64,000 nucleotides of DNA, filler included, from Collodictyon triciliatum (GCA_043381765.1; 18 parts of 18 records of this genome joined end to end with filler, not necessarily neighbours in it); one strand, 5' to 3'. Shown: positions 44,661 through 57,019, counted from the whole stretch's first letter. Notes: a model not told the origin generated them from the sequence alone. A program made the numbers and translations.

Positions 44661-46090
44661 TCATGTCATTTGGTCCAGTTGTTGAATAAAATCTTCTGTC
44701 CTTAGAACTCCTTCGGTTGGGTGCATTTGAAGGGTCTTCACAAACAATTCATACGCCTGGGGGCGTGTTGTCAATAAAAAGAAAAACTTTGGGGCTCAAT
44801 ACTTTATCTTTCTTCAAGAGTAATATGTATATTGGTAAGGATATTGCCCAACAGCTTCACAGTACACCAAAAACTGATCCCAAAGACACCACGTGATGTA
44901 TGGAAAAAAATAAAGAAGGGTAGTAAAGTTTCAATAAAATGAAATAATAAATGGTGTGAAAAAACTAACCCTCAATCCGACAATGTCCTTCAACTTTCTT
45001 TTGTTCTCTCCAGCCGGGGGACTGAGGTAATCAGAGTTCCCGCTATCACGAGCCTGAGAAATACGCATACATGACTTTGTGTTTTCATAAAGATAAAGGG
45101 TATAAATCGAGTTTTTTTTTTTGGTTTCTTTTCAACAGTTTAAAAGGGTATAAATCGAATGAAATCACCTGTTCATCTATATAGCATGCCAGCATAAATA
45201 GAAATTCAGCCGATTTATACCTGAATCGTTTGTAAGTAATATAATTTAAAATATATTCGTTTTTAAAGGAATCATAAATGGAGATATTTGAAAAGATAAA
45301 GGTATTTGTTTAAAAGGATTCCCGGCCGTTTCTCCGAAATTACCTAACTTCCATCGGACTTTGCTTCTGTTTCATCAACTTTACAACCTTGAACATACCA
45401 CTTTTCGAATGAAATACCTAATATTTTATTTTTCAGTTCATTACTAATTGATTCATCCTATCTGTATTACAATATAGTTCTCATATTATCAACGCATTAT
45501 GATACCGATAAGAACTATGTAAAGCTTCTAACACATATACAAGTACACATCCTCTAGGCTACATATACCTCTTGATTCTCCTTAGAATCATGCAGCGAAG
45601 ATAACAGAGCATCGAGTGTAGCAGTTTGGATGGTTGCTTGCTGATGGTCGAGTTGCTTCAACAATACCTATCATTTTACAATATTCGGGGATGGTTGTAA
45701 TTAGCGTGTCTGCATGTTTTCAATTGCAAGGTCATTTTTGTACGAATAGCCCCGCCACTATCCCGTGGGCAATACAGTTTCCTTTAGAAATATTGTCTCG
45801 TAGCGACTATGAATTAAACAACACTGTACCGTTCTTATGTGAATAATAAATACAGAAACATGTCTCGATACAGTTTGAATGGATTGCCAAATGTAAAACA
45901 ACAATTACATTTCTTGTGTTCAATGAATTGTTCACCTCAATCCCATTTACATCGCGAACAAAGCGTCGGCTCATACGATGCACCAAACAGAGTATGTGAA
46001 TCAGCTCCAAAGCGCGTTGCTTTTCTGCCGAAGACGGTGGAACCATGGTTGGAATCGGGGACAAAACGCTGGGAAACAATTGCCGTGCCA
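44661..46090 (-). CDS. Septation-initiation-network Cdc14-like protein (S. pombe Cdc14/Sid1-partner family, not the Cdc14 phosphatase); 5' end truncated
   Basis: Spliced: ALELIHILCLVHRMSRRFVRDVNGIE/VLLKQLDHQQATIQTATLDALLSSLHDSKENQE/VFHSKSGMFKVVKLMK...R/YKSAEFLFML...QQLDQMT*. Confidence 0.65.
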
Positions 46091-46143
46091 CTACATTATA
46101 ATAGTTTGATTTCAATGTATTCTGTTCTACTTGTATTTCACAC

Positions 46144-46250
46144 AGATAGAGATAGAGATAGAGATAGAGATAGAGATAGAGATAGAGATAGAGATAGAGA
46201 TAGAGATAGAGATAGAGATAGAGATAGAGATAGAGATAGAGATAGAGATA
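46144..46250 (+). repeat. (GATAGA)n microsatellite
   Basis: Directly visible. Confidence 0.95.
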
Positions 46251-46373
46251 ACAATATTGTATCTTTTGTGAATNNNNNNNNNNNNNNNNNNNNNNNNNNN
46301 NNNNNNNNNNNNNNNNNTTAATTAATTAANNNNNNNNNNNNNNNNNNNNNNNNNNNNNNNNNNNNNNNNNNNN

Positions 46374-46665
46374 CGGATGCCAGCAGCACAACGCCCTCCG
46401 TGGCGCACTCGCGGGTGCGGTGGACTTCGCACAGCTGCTCCAGCAGACGCAGGCGTGTGGCGTGTGTCAGTGTCTCAGTGTACTCGACCACAAGGCGCAC
46501 CACGCAGCCGGCCGGGTAGAGTCCCTTCTCCTGCAGTCCCGCTGCTCACTCTACTGGTCGCGTCCGGTAGTGCTCGTAGACCACATTCTCGTCGTCAAGT
46601 TGAGGCACTCCGCTCTTGTGCGTTTCGCTTGCGCTCACCACACCTGAGCTCGGCTTGGTTGCCAT
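46374..46665 (-). pseudogene. GC-rich ORF start with one in-frame TGA; identity unknown (possibly element-derived)
   Basis: MATKPSSGVVS...RTRPVE*AAGLQEKGLYPAGCVVRLVVEY...LLAS, running off the contig. Confidence 0.35.
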
Positions 46666-47470
46666 ACGTGTGGTTTTTGTGCAAAAACCAAAGGGAAACG
46701 TGGTTTTTGTGCGAAAACAAATTTCAGAGTCAAGATTTACTTCTATTTTGGTATTTTTTCATATATTAATCCGACTCTTAGCAGGGGAATGTTTTTATTT
46801 TTTTTTTCAGTCCGATGTAATTTAATGCGCCTTGGCTGAAAGCAGTGACGCGTATCGTATAAGGGTGCAGACCGGCTTGGTAAGGAGGAAGATTCATGGT
46901 TCTTGACGGCGCGCCCGAAGGGGTTGGAATGGTTATGACTCTCATGAAATGCAGTTACAGGGAGTTCTGGCCTGTATTCGATTCATGGCCAAATTTCTCC
47001 GGGGTCGAATGAACAAGCGGTCATCCTTCTCTCCTCAAATTTAGATATTCTGATATTTCGGAAATTTTATGACATATATATACTTGGATATTATTTTTAA
47101 AAGCAGCCTCATCCCCCGATGACTACGGAATATTTCCAGAAAAAGTATATAAGACGTCCTGGAGATCGAACTGAGAGTTCAATATATATTTAAAATTGTC
47201 GAGTAAACGTCAATGCGTTGAACTCTGCGAATCTGACGCATTCGTGCCAACAATAAGTACATATATTTATGGTTACTACCAATTGGTTAAGTTTGTCAGA
47301 CTATTTTCTATATGGGACTCATCAACTCATTTAGAATATGTGGACATAAAGTTAAGTATTATAATTTTAAGAGGGTTTTGAAATAACGAAGAAATATGGT
47401 CTGCAAATCGCGTTATCCTAAATATCCTCTTTATATTTCGTTTAGACATTTTATTTGACATTGTATGGTA

Positions 47471-48890
47471 ATGAAAGGCTTGTCGATACTTCAAACCTTG
47501 GTTATAGTTATTTCATCTTTGACTGCTTATTGTTACAAGAACACTTTAAAATTAGATTTTTCTGACGGAAAAAATTCTGAGATTTCTGTCAAGGTAAAGT
47601 TACCGACGTCTCCTTAATCGATAATATTCGAGGGAATGGTAACGTCTGCGTTTTTCTTAGGAATATGTCGATGGCCAGACAATTTGTAGTGGGTCATTGA
47701 AATTTGAAGGTATTCATTTACTACCCCAGTACCTTGGACTGTATTATTTTAATTCCACGACTCACGTGATTGAACGCGACTTGCAACCATATTGGAGCCA
47801 TCTAAAACTACCCTACGAAGACGTTAAAAATATCGGTCTGGGACTTCACAAAGGCAACAAATATCCCCTCCTTAGCACTGTTGGGGAGTATTGGATATCT
47901 CTAACGAAGAATGCCAGTGTAATGACCCACAATCATGAATTACTTGTAGCAGATGACAGTTATGTTTTTTCTGGAGGTTGCAATACCTTTAATACTTGGG
48001 GCAAGAAGACTAACCTGAAAGTTTCGATACCAACTTCTGATTGCCAGTGGAAAACTAAAAATGTAACTCACAACGACAGAGTTATTGTTTTACCCATAGG
48101 TAAATATGGATATATAGCGTATTACCATTTTTGGACCGAAACCATTCCTCATTGGTTCATATTACCGAAAGAATTGAGAGAAGATTCAAAAATAAAGGTT
48201 CTAATTGAACCTTTGGCAGATTTCATAAAATTTGCCATTAAAATATTGGGAATAGAAAAAAGTAGAATAATTGACATTGATAGGTTCAAGTCGTGCCGCT
48301 ATGTCTTCACAGAGGTCATAATACCCACAATACCCCACTGCGCTATTCCACAATTACCTGAGTTAAAATTATTTAGGCAGCATCTTGATTTAGCCTTTCA
48401 CAATGACATCCAAAACCTTATCCAAAAACCGAGTGCACAAGTTCCTCCAAACCTGCAACATGGCCATCAAAATACTTTGATTGTTATTCATAGGAAAAAA
48501 TCAAGAGCTGTGTTTAACACAGATGACATGGTCATGGCTTTAAAGAAAGTATACGAGCCTGAATACCTGGTTGTTAAATATGATGAAATGAACATGGAAG
48601 AATCAATTAAGCTTTTTCGGTCAGCTAAAGTAATTATCGGTCACCATGGAGCAGGATTAGTGAACATGTTATTCTCTAAATATACTGGTGTAATTGAAAT
48701 ACACGATGCCTCTCCAATTTCTCCTGATAGACCTGGTGGTGTAGTAATATGCTATGCAACATTATCAAGATTGTTAGAATTCCCGTATTATGGATTGTTG
48801 GGGGATCGCAAGTATTTTGATGTAGACAAAGTATTGAAGTATGTTACATTAATGATAAACCTTCTAAATTCAAAACAAGAAAATGAATAA
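47471..48890 (+). CDS. Glycosyltransferase family 61 (DUF563, EOGT-like); 2 exons
   Basis: Exon 1 47471-47593 (signal/anchor MKGLSILQTLVIVISSL), GT-AG intron 47594-47660, in-frame exon 2 with YYHFWTETIP, VIHRKKSRAVFN, IKLFRSAKVIIGHHGAGLVNMLF and VIEI. Confidence 0.88.
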
Positions 48891-49189
48891 ATTTGCAATT
48901 CCATTATCATCAGGATCGGACAAGAGCGATTGTGGGTCTAACAAAATTCCATCTTAATAAAGTTATTAAGTGAATGAATAAAGCATGATTCAAGCATCTT
49001 ACGAAATTTAATGTTGGTAAATTCACTTCAAATCCAAATTATATGACACCAGAAAAATATAGCGAATGTAGGATGCCACGTACGAAGTGGTATTTTTTTA
49101 GTTTTTATATAAAATAAGGACGAGGAAATGTATTTTATACAAAGTTGTTGTATTCCTAGGTTTAAATCTTATTGATTGTCTAATATATT

Positions 49190-49642
49190 TCACGGTATAT
49201 TCCCACATTCCTGAACTTGCTGTCGATTACATACGATGTGGGCATATTTTAGCAAATTTTTTAGGAAGCTGTATTGCACGAGGCTTTCCAGCCTCGATAC
49301 ATTGATTTCTCGTTCGGGTGAATCATTAGGGCGAGAGAATGCGCGCACACTCAATAAGGACCACAGCATATGTCCCCTTGTGATTGCCCAGAGTATTCTA
49401 GAGTCGTGGGTCATTTGTTATTGTGCGCCAAACAGGATGTCAGACGCGCTGAGTCAGTTGGGAGCATAATCAAGCTCAGACAGCATCTTTTGGGTAGATT
49501 CTGTCACTTTTTGAGCAAGAGAGCACTTCATAAATGTGTGTTCGATAGACTCATCTCCACTATGGCACATGGTGCATTCTGGAGAGGTCGTTGCTGCATG
49601 GACTACGCGCACCTATCCACAGCTCTCTGTTGGAGATATTGA
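49190..49642 (-). mobile_element. Degenerate non-LTR retrotransposon ORF2 3' fragment (zf-RVT region)
   Basis: The reverse complement aligns with 57340-57750 (…gagctgtggatagg…cgcgtagtccatgcagcaacgacctctcc…); encodes C..C.....E.IEH.F.KC and ILWAITRGHMLW with frameshifts. Confidence 0.8.
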
Positions 49643-49662
49643 GTAGTAGGGTACGGTTATTT

Positions 49663-49815
49663 GGTTCCTAAACCAGAACGAAAAATCCCAATTCGCACGA
49701 AAGTCTAGGAAGACCCGTGCAAGGAAGCCGCCTGCAAGTCTGTCTGAGCGGATAGTATTTTTGAAAGATGTCGAGCAAGTCGTTTATAGCAAGAACAAGA
49801 CTGCAGGCTCACAGT
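49663..49815 (+). mobile_element. Fragment of the retroelement ORF1-like repeat also present at 63448-63600
   Basis: aagtctaggaagacccgtRcaaRgaagccgcctgcaagtctgtctgagcgga…gtcgagcaagtcgttta…caagaacaag…gcaggctcacag is shared by both loci. Confidence 0.85.
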
Positions 49816-50566
49816 CGCGCTCGNNNNNNNNNNNNNNNNNNNNNNNNNNNNNNNNNNNNNNNNNNNNTTAATTAATTAANNNNNNNNNNNNNNNNNNNNN
49901 NNNNNNNNNNNNNNNNNNNNNNNTTTTTTTGTTGATCCTTTGGAAAAAGTGATCGGGCAAGCCAAAACTGCAAGCAATAAAACTGGGAAAAGTATAGGCT
50001 AAAGAAATTTGTATTACGCACATTGCGCATTAACTGCACGAATTTTCATGTATTGCATGAGCCAATGCCGAAAACATGTTGAAATGAAGCAATAAGAGTA
50101 TAAGTTCCAAAATAGATTTCCATAGAACTTTCGATCGCCCGTGATTGTTGATGAAGCAGACTCGCAGCGCGCAGCAAATCGCACCAAGGACTGAAGGTGC
50201 AACTCGTTCGAAAGAGCGATCACAAAGGTTCAACCAGAGACTATATTGCGTTACCCAAAGAAAACTGCCACAAATACACAAGCGTTTTCACTGTGGATTG
50301 TCGTGAGTAAAAAGAAAAGAAAAAAAAAAAGAAAAAGAAAAAGCGAAGGAACAAAGTCAAAATGGACTTTTTATTTCTGACTTATGAATGAAACCGAAGT
50401 GGTGTGTTAAGTAAATCGGTCTTCAAGGCTTAGTCTACTCACGTCTTTTCTTCTGAGGAGAGTTTGGATTTCTGTATTTCATTTTAAAGAACTCCTAAGG
50501 AAAGGAAAAACATACCCTTTTTTTTTCTTTTCCTTTTCACGCAGGAACAAAGCCGATAGAAAGACC

Positions 50567-53041
50567 ATGAGTCAAAGCACAACAGCACAAGAGCGCGTCG
50601 ATCAGGCGAACGAGATCGTTGACGCCAAACCCTTGGAAGCGCTGGCTCTTCTTCGCTCAGTTGTTGAGGAGCCCTTATCCGAGGATGAAGAGGCCATCAA
50701 GGCCAAGGAGCACGCCATTTTTGCTGTCGGCGAGCTCTACGCAAAGCTCGGGTCTGTAATTCAAGAATGATTGGCCATATGTTTCATCACCTTTGTATTA
50801 CAAACCTCTTCCTAGTTCCTTTGTTGATTTGCCCTTTCATTTATCCCTATATTTTCATGTATGATTTTTATTTTGATCACTACTTCTTTTGATCTTGTAT
50901 AAATGTCAAAGACTCACCAACTATATCTCCCTCACCTTCCTACCCAAATGAACTCAGCAAATTACAAGAGCTGAAAAATCTCTTGGTTCAAATTCGTCCA
51001 TTCTTTGGCGCTATCCCCAAAGCCAAGACAGCAAAAATAGGTTTTTGCTTGTGAAATCTTTTTCTTTCAATCGTTTATTTGCTGAAGCTCAGTAATGTGA
51101 GAAATAGGCACATTTCAATCGGATGAGCCTTTTAAAGAGCAACACGATTCGTAGTCATTCTGTTCCACACATAGTTCGCACGGTTATCGAGCAAGTGGCC
51201 AAAATCCCGAACAGTACCCAAGCCCAGATTCAATTATGTCTTGAGTCCATCGAATGGTCTAAGGCTGAAAAGAGAACTTTCCTTCGTCATCGAATCGAGA
51301 CAAAGCTTGGATCATTGTAATTCTATTCATACCGATGCATGGACACCAAACTCTCAAGTTGTAATCCTGTTATCTACTTCGTGGTGCTTCCATTCGAACT
51401 TAAACATTAAGGTTAACGCACGTCATGGAATATTCTACTAACATATTTTTTTTTTGGTTACATCATAAAATGTGACATTCTTAAGGTACCTTCAAAACAA
51501 GCAATTTTTGCCCGCCCTTAACATAATCACGTCATTGGTGCGCGAGGTTAAACGACTTGACGACAAGGCTCTTCTGTTAGAAATTCAGCTTCTCGAGTCG
51601 CAGATTCATTACGCGCTGAGAAATTTAGCAAAGTCCAAGGTACCAGTATTGGAAATATATAGTTGTATCATCTTACTCGCTTTTTTTCAATTCCCCCCTT
51701 TCTTTTGACATGTTACTTTGTTGGAGGAAACCGTTCTCCATGAGAAAAATATCTACAGATTTTCTCAAGATTTATTTAAATGAATCAGGGTTCGCTCACA
51801 TCCGCAAGAGCATGTGCAAACGGCATATACTGTCCTCCACTTCTTCAGGCGCAAATCGACCTTCAATCAGGCATTTTAAATGCCGAAGAGAAGGATTTTA
51901 AGACAGCGTACGTAATATCACCATTAATATACATACATACATACATACATACATACATACATACATACATACATACATACATACATACATACATACATAC
52001 ATACATACATACATACATACATACATACATACATACATACTGGGTACGTTTGTGTTAATCATTCATCTTTTCTCGAATTCAGGTACTCTTATTTTTATGA
52101 AGCCTTTGAAAACTTCTCTTCTCTAAATGAGCCTAGAACTTTTGCTTGCATCAAATATATGCTCCTTTGCAAAATCATGACCAACAACGTCAGTCTTTTA
52201 TATCTATATTTTAATTACTGTCTTTGAGAAGTCTTGCATTTGATTACTGAGTCATTGAAGTTGAAAAAGAGTGTCAAAGTATCTGTCTAAAAACTTGTTA
52301 TTTTCTTTTCTTTACAAACTCCCGAAATAGCCGGAAGATGTACAGGCCATTGTCAACGGGAAGCTTGCAGTGAAGTATGCGGGAGCGGAGGTTGAGGCCA
52401 TGAAGGCTATCTCAGACGCCCATACTCAGCGCTCTTTGAAAAAGTTTGAGGAAGCTGTCTCAACCTTTGACAAAGGTAATTAGACTAGAATCGTACAAGC
52501 CGTAAAAGCATCATCATCTTCTCGATTGCTTCCAACCTGGCCTACCTCTATTTTTCCTGTCTGTCTGATTGACGTGATATCAAGGGGAAAAAAAAGCATA
52601 ATAGTTAACATATCGGTGTTGTGAATAGAGCTCAAGCAAGACCCAATTGTCGACTCTCACCTTTCTGAGCTGTACGATATTCTCCTGGAACAAAATCTCG
52701 CTCGTCTGATTGAGCCCTTCGCCAAAGTGGAGATTGCCCACATTGCATACCTGATCAATCTTCCTATCAACAAAGTTGAATCCAAGTAAGTCAAGCCTCC
52801 TCTTCTCGTCTCACAAGCCTATCTGGACTCCCAGGCTAACCTTATGATGAATGTATTCTGCAGACTCTCTCAAATGATTCTGGACAAAAAATTCAATGGG
52901 ATTCTCGACCAAGGCGCAGGATGCTTGATTGCGTTTGAGGAGCCGAAAATCGATGGAACATACGCAAAGTCTCTCGAAACCATGGAGAACCTAAACAAGG
53001 TCGTCGACTCGCTCTTCGAAAGAGCCTCGGAAATCTCATAA
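50567..53041 (+). CDS. RPN6: 26S proteasome lid subunit Rpn6/PSMD11; complete, ~9 exons
   Basis: [119 protein letters not shown]. Confidence 0.96.
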
Positions 53042-53485
53042 ACAGAACTGCGGCTACAGAGCGCCCCCGTGAACTCACGCATTCAAAGACGCTGCAGACT
53101 ACTCAAGAGACATGATACAGCTTCGAAAACGAATCATTTCATTCCAACCTTTATCTTACAGGTTCAGGGATGCACACTTGGAGTTTGCCTTATTTTTTGT
53201 TTTGTTTTGTTTTGTTTGTTTGTTTGTTTGTTTGTTTGTTTGTTTGTTTGTTTGTTTGTTTGTTTGTTTGTTTGTTTGTTTGTTTGTTTGTTTGTTTGTT
53301 TTTACTTCATTTTATTACATTGAGATCTCACTTTGACGCGCCCGAAGCTCCCCACGCCTGGTTGCAACCAATNNNNNNNNNNNNNNNNNNNNNNNNNNNN
53401 NNNNNNNNNNNNNNNNTTAATTAATTAANNNNNNNNNNNNNNNNNNNNNNNNNNNNNNNNNNNNNNNNNNNNAAAAAAAAAAAAA

Positions 53486-53536
<51 letters not shown>

Positions 53537-53626
53537 AAAAAAAAGATAAAAGAAAAAGCCACCAGCGATAAAGCATGAAGCTTAGCAACCTGCCTCACAC
53601 GCAGTACGACAAAGCGGCGCCAGAAG

Positions 53627-55231
53627 ATGACTCTAAGCAGCGTCCTTGGAGTTTTGCTTGGTGGGGTCACCAAAGTGCGTCCTTGCATCGGAATCTTCTC
53701 TTACTTCCGCGTCCCCGAGGAAGGGATGAAGCACTGGGAGGTTTTGTCCCGCGGATCGGCCTTCTTTGTCCGCTCTCCACAGACAAACTCGCTCAAAGTC
53801 CTGACCGCTGCGGTGAGAAACCATCGGTCTTGTTTTCATGCGGCCCTCCTTCTTGTTTCCAGCCGACGGGCCACACCTGCTCTATTTCATCAGCCTTCCC
53901 TTTCGTAGCATATCACCCACCCGTTTCTCTACCCGCGGTTTTATCCCCAAGAGTGGCTTCGTGCTGTGAAGGAGAAGCATACGCGGTATGAGGTTCTAGT
54001 GAAAGACGTGAGTATATCGCCTCTGGCCATAACATACACATGCTGTCTCCTCGCAATCCGTCATGTGCCACCACAACAACCGGCTTTAGGTTATATCATG
54101 GCCCATTTCTTTATATCAGATAAAATATCACCTCGCTTTGCAATCCTTTATATATATGCATTAAGAGAAGGAGATATACTCAAATTAGTACATTCAGTCT
54201 CAATCAGGATTATATACATATATTGCCATTTAGATAGTAATTCGTATTTGTCGCACGTATGTAATATCAAGAGATTCTGGCACTGTAGCTGATATGTTCC
54301 CACGTACGCATACACGCATACTTTTCATAGGAAATCACGGGTGATGTACTTTGGCGTCAAAATCTCCCGAAAATCGGCCTTGTTGACGAGGAAAATGACG
54401 TTGCCGTACTTGAGTCACCTCCGGAACATTACATCCAGCAAAAGTTGATTCAAGCCGGCATTGGTGTTCGAATTCTGGACATCGCAAATGATGTCCCCAC
54501 AAAGAATCAGGCAAGTTTGAGATATAGTGAGAAATATGCCTAAAGTAGATCATACGTCTTTCCTCTTTCCACTTACATTTGTACTGTACTAATTGCACTC
54601 CCAAATAAAGGTGATTATGATTATGATTATGATAATGATAATGATAATGATAATGATAATGGTAATAATAATGGTAATGGTAATGATAATGATAATGGTA
54701 ATGGTAATGATCATGATAATATTATTATTATAATACCAAAATACATAAATAAGAAATAAACACTGCTTATTTCTTACCAGAATATATATCATGATTGATG
54801 TGCGATTATGACAATATCACCAGGGCATCAGCTTTTCTGGCCACACAATAAGCACGCAAGTGCCAGCGAGCATGGAAGAAGAGAAAGAACTTGGAGAAAC
54901 TTTAATTCCTGATGAATCTCCCGGCTTTGTCCACTCGCACACAAACAGAATGATATTCGCCCATACGCAGAAGGAGCTTTCTGTCGGGATGTGTGGCGGC
55001 CCTGTTCTAAGCGGCGAATCGTGCGTGGGTTTACTCACAGCCAAAGTCCAGACTCCGGGAGCAGACGACCACCTCACTTTGGAGCAGCGGGCCCTGCGCC
55101 ATGAGCTGAAGGACAAGGCGGTTTTCGTGCCGACAAGCATTCTGAACAGTCTGATTGCACAGTCGAGCCAAGACGAATCGAATGTTTCTTCTGATGAGAA
55201 TGTCGCAAATGAAGGAGACTTTAAAATGTGA
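53627..55231 (+). CDS. Trypsin/chymotrypsin-fold (PA clan) protease-like protein with Cys at the nucleophile position; 4 exons
   Basis: Exons 53627-53812, 53909-54007, 54331-54510, 54824-55231, all phase 0. Motifs GSAFFV, VLTAAH, NDVAVL and LSVGMCGGPVL...CVGLL. Confidence 0.75.
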
Positions 55232-55833
55232 ACCGCCAAATTCAAAGCAAAAAAGGAGGATGATAAATATACAACCAAATACAATACTCCATCTAGTGCG
55301 CATGTAAAAGAAGAAAAGCCAAAATAGTATACACGAATATTTTCATAAGATCTCAACAATTCAATAATGCATTAAGCAATAACAATTAATATATATATAT
55401 CGCCAGAAGCTTTTCTTGTTTGCGACGAAAGTTTGAACGAAAGCCTCGCTAAGCGCAATGTCTGGATTTCTGTGCGCTTGGGCCATCTCTAATCACCTAA
55501 TTATCTTATGTAGATACACTTGGCGCCCATCTCTTTCCTTGGTTTTTTTACTCTTGTTCTTACCCTTCTGTCCGATTTGACCGCTAAACAAAAAAAACAA
55601 AAAAAAACAAAAATAAATATATGATGGAATCAAGCAACCATAAAGTATATTTTGATAGTGGTTTTTCTTTTCTTTTCTGTTATAAAACATGATTGATTCG
55701 TGCTGATTAGATGGCTGTTTGTCTGGCTATTGGTGCCACTATGGGACATGAAAATCACTAGAAAAGAAAAAAAATTATAGTGTAGGTTATCATCCTTTTG
55801 TCTCTTCTGCTTCTTCTTTATGGATGGGTTGCC

Positions 55834-56760
55834 TCATGCAGCTGCCTCGGTATCTTCTCTCAACCTTTTGGAGTAAGTGTGTGCGTGCGCGCTTGAGTTT
55901 GAAGGAGCGTTGGTTGCAACAGGAATCGGGCGCGTGTGTGGCACATGTTTTCGGCGCTTCTTTGGCTTAACTTGATATTCATGATATGATTCCGAAGGAT
56001 ATTTGGGCATTCTATACACGGGCATCACATCAGCATTCTTGAATCACACACATATATATGCTTTCCCGGATAAACAAACATTGATTATATTCTTGGTCCT
56101 CAGAAATATATGAATAAGATAAATATCACATTTTATGAAAAGGCTTGATGTGTTTTTGTCATGTTCGATTAATTGTTCGTACTCGTGAGGTTCCAGCGGG
56201 AGCGGCGCGTTTGTAAAATATGGTGATTGGAGAGCCTCTTCTGCAGATATACGCCTTTTTGGGTCTACACACAGCATTTTCTCAAGTAACTCACGGGCGT
56301 CTGGTCGAACCCTAAACGATGCGACATAGTTAAATAACTTTTTTTTTGGATGAATAGGTTGAGACGATTAGGTATTTAGTTGAAACAATTCGGGTGGTGG
56401 AGCTACTGTAGATATATTGTTGGTTATAATTCACAATCATGCCTTTATAGTCTGTTCGCAATTATTATTATTATTATTATTTAAAAAAAACCCAAATACC
56501 TCACAAATTAATGGTTGTAAATGTTTCTTTTTCTTTCGTTTTGATAAAAAATAATAATAATAATTACTCTCTATATACAGTATTGAAGCGGTTAGGATAA
56601 TTTGCAATCGCCAGGCGGTTAAATATTGGAAGCTTGGATACGCCTGGGTACGTATCTTCTGTAGGCTTTCCACACACTCTGCAGATGCGGTCGATCTGGT
56701 CGATTTCATCCTTTCCCGGGAACAAGGTTGAACGTGTGAGTAATTCACCAAATATGGCCC
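55834..56760 (-). CDS. Cyclin-dependent kinase, CDK9/CDK12/CDKC type; C-terminal exons
   Basis: GAIFGELLTRSTLFPGKDEIDQIDRICRVCGKPTEDTYPGV, ARELLEKMLCVDPKRRISAEEALQSPYF, MPKYPSESYHEYQVKPKKRRK (HE plus basic tail typical of transcription-elongation CDKs). Confidence 0.85.
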
Positions 56761-57019
56761 TAGGTCACAAGAAGAACAAACTCCTTTATAATTTGTTCTA
56801 ACTCACTTTAATATACAAGAAATGAAACAAAAATGAAACAAAAATGAAACAAAAATGAAACAAAAATGAAACAAAAATGAAACAAAAATGAAACAAAAAT
56901 GAAACAAAAATGAAACAAANNNNNNNNNNNNNNNNNNNNNNNNNNNNNNNNNNNNNNNNNNNNTTAATTAATTAANNNNNNNNNNNNNNNNNNNNNNNNN
57001 NNNNNNNNNNNNNNNNNNN

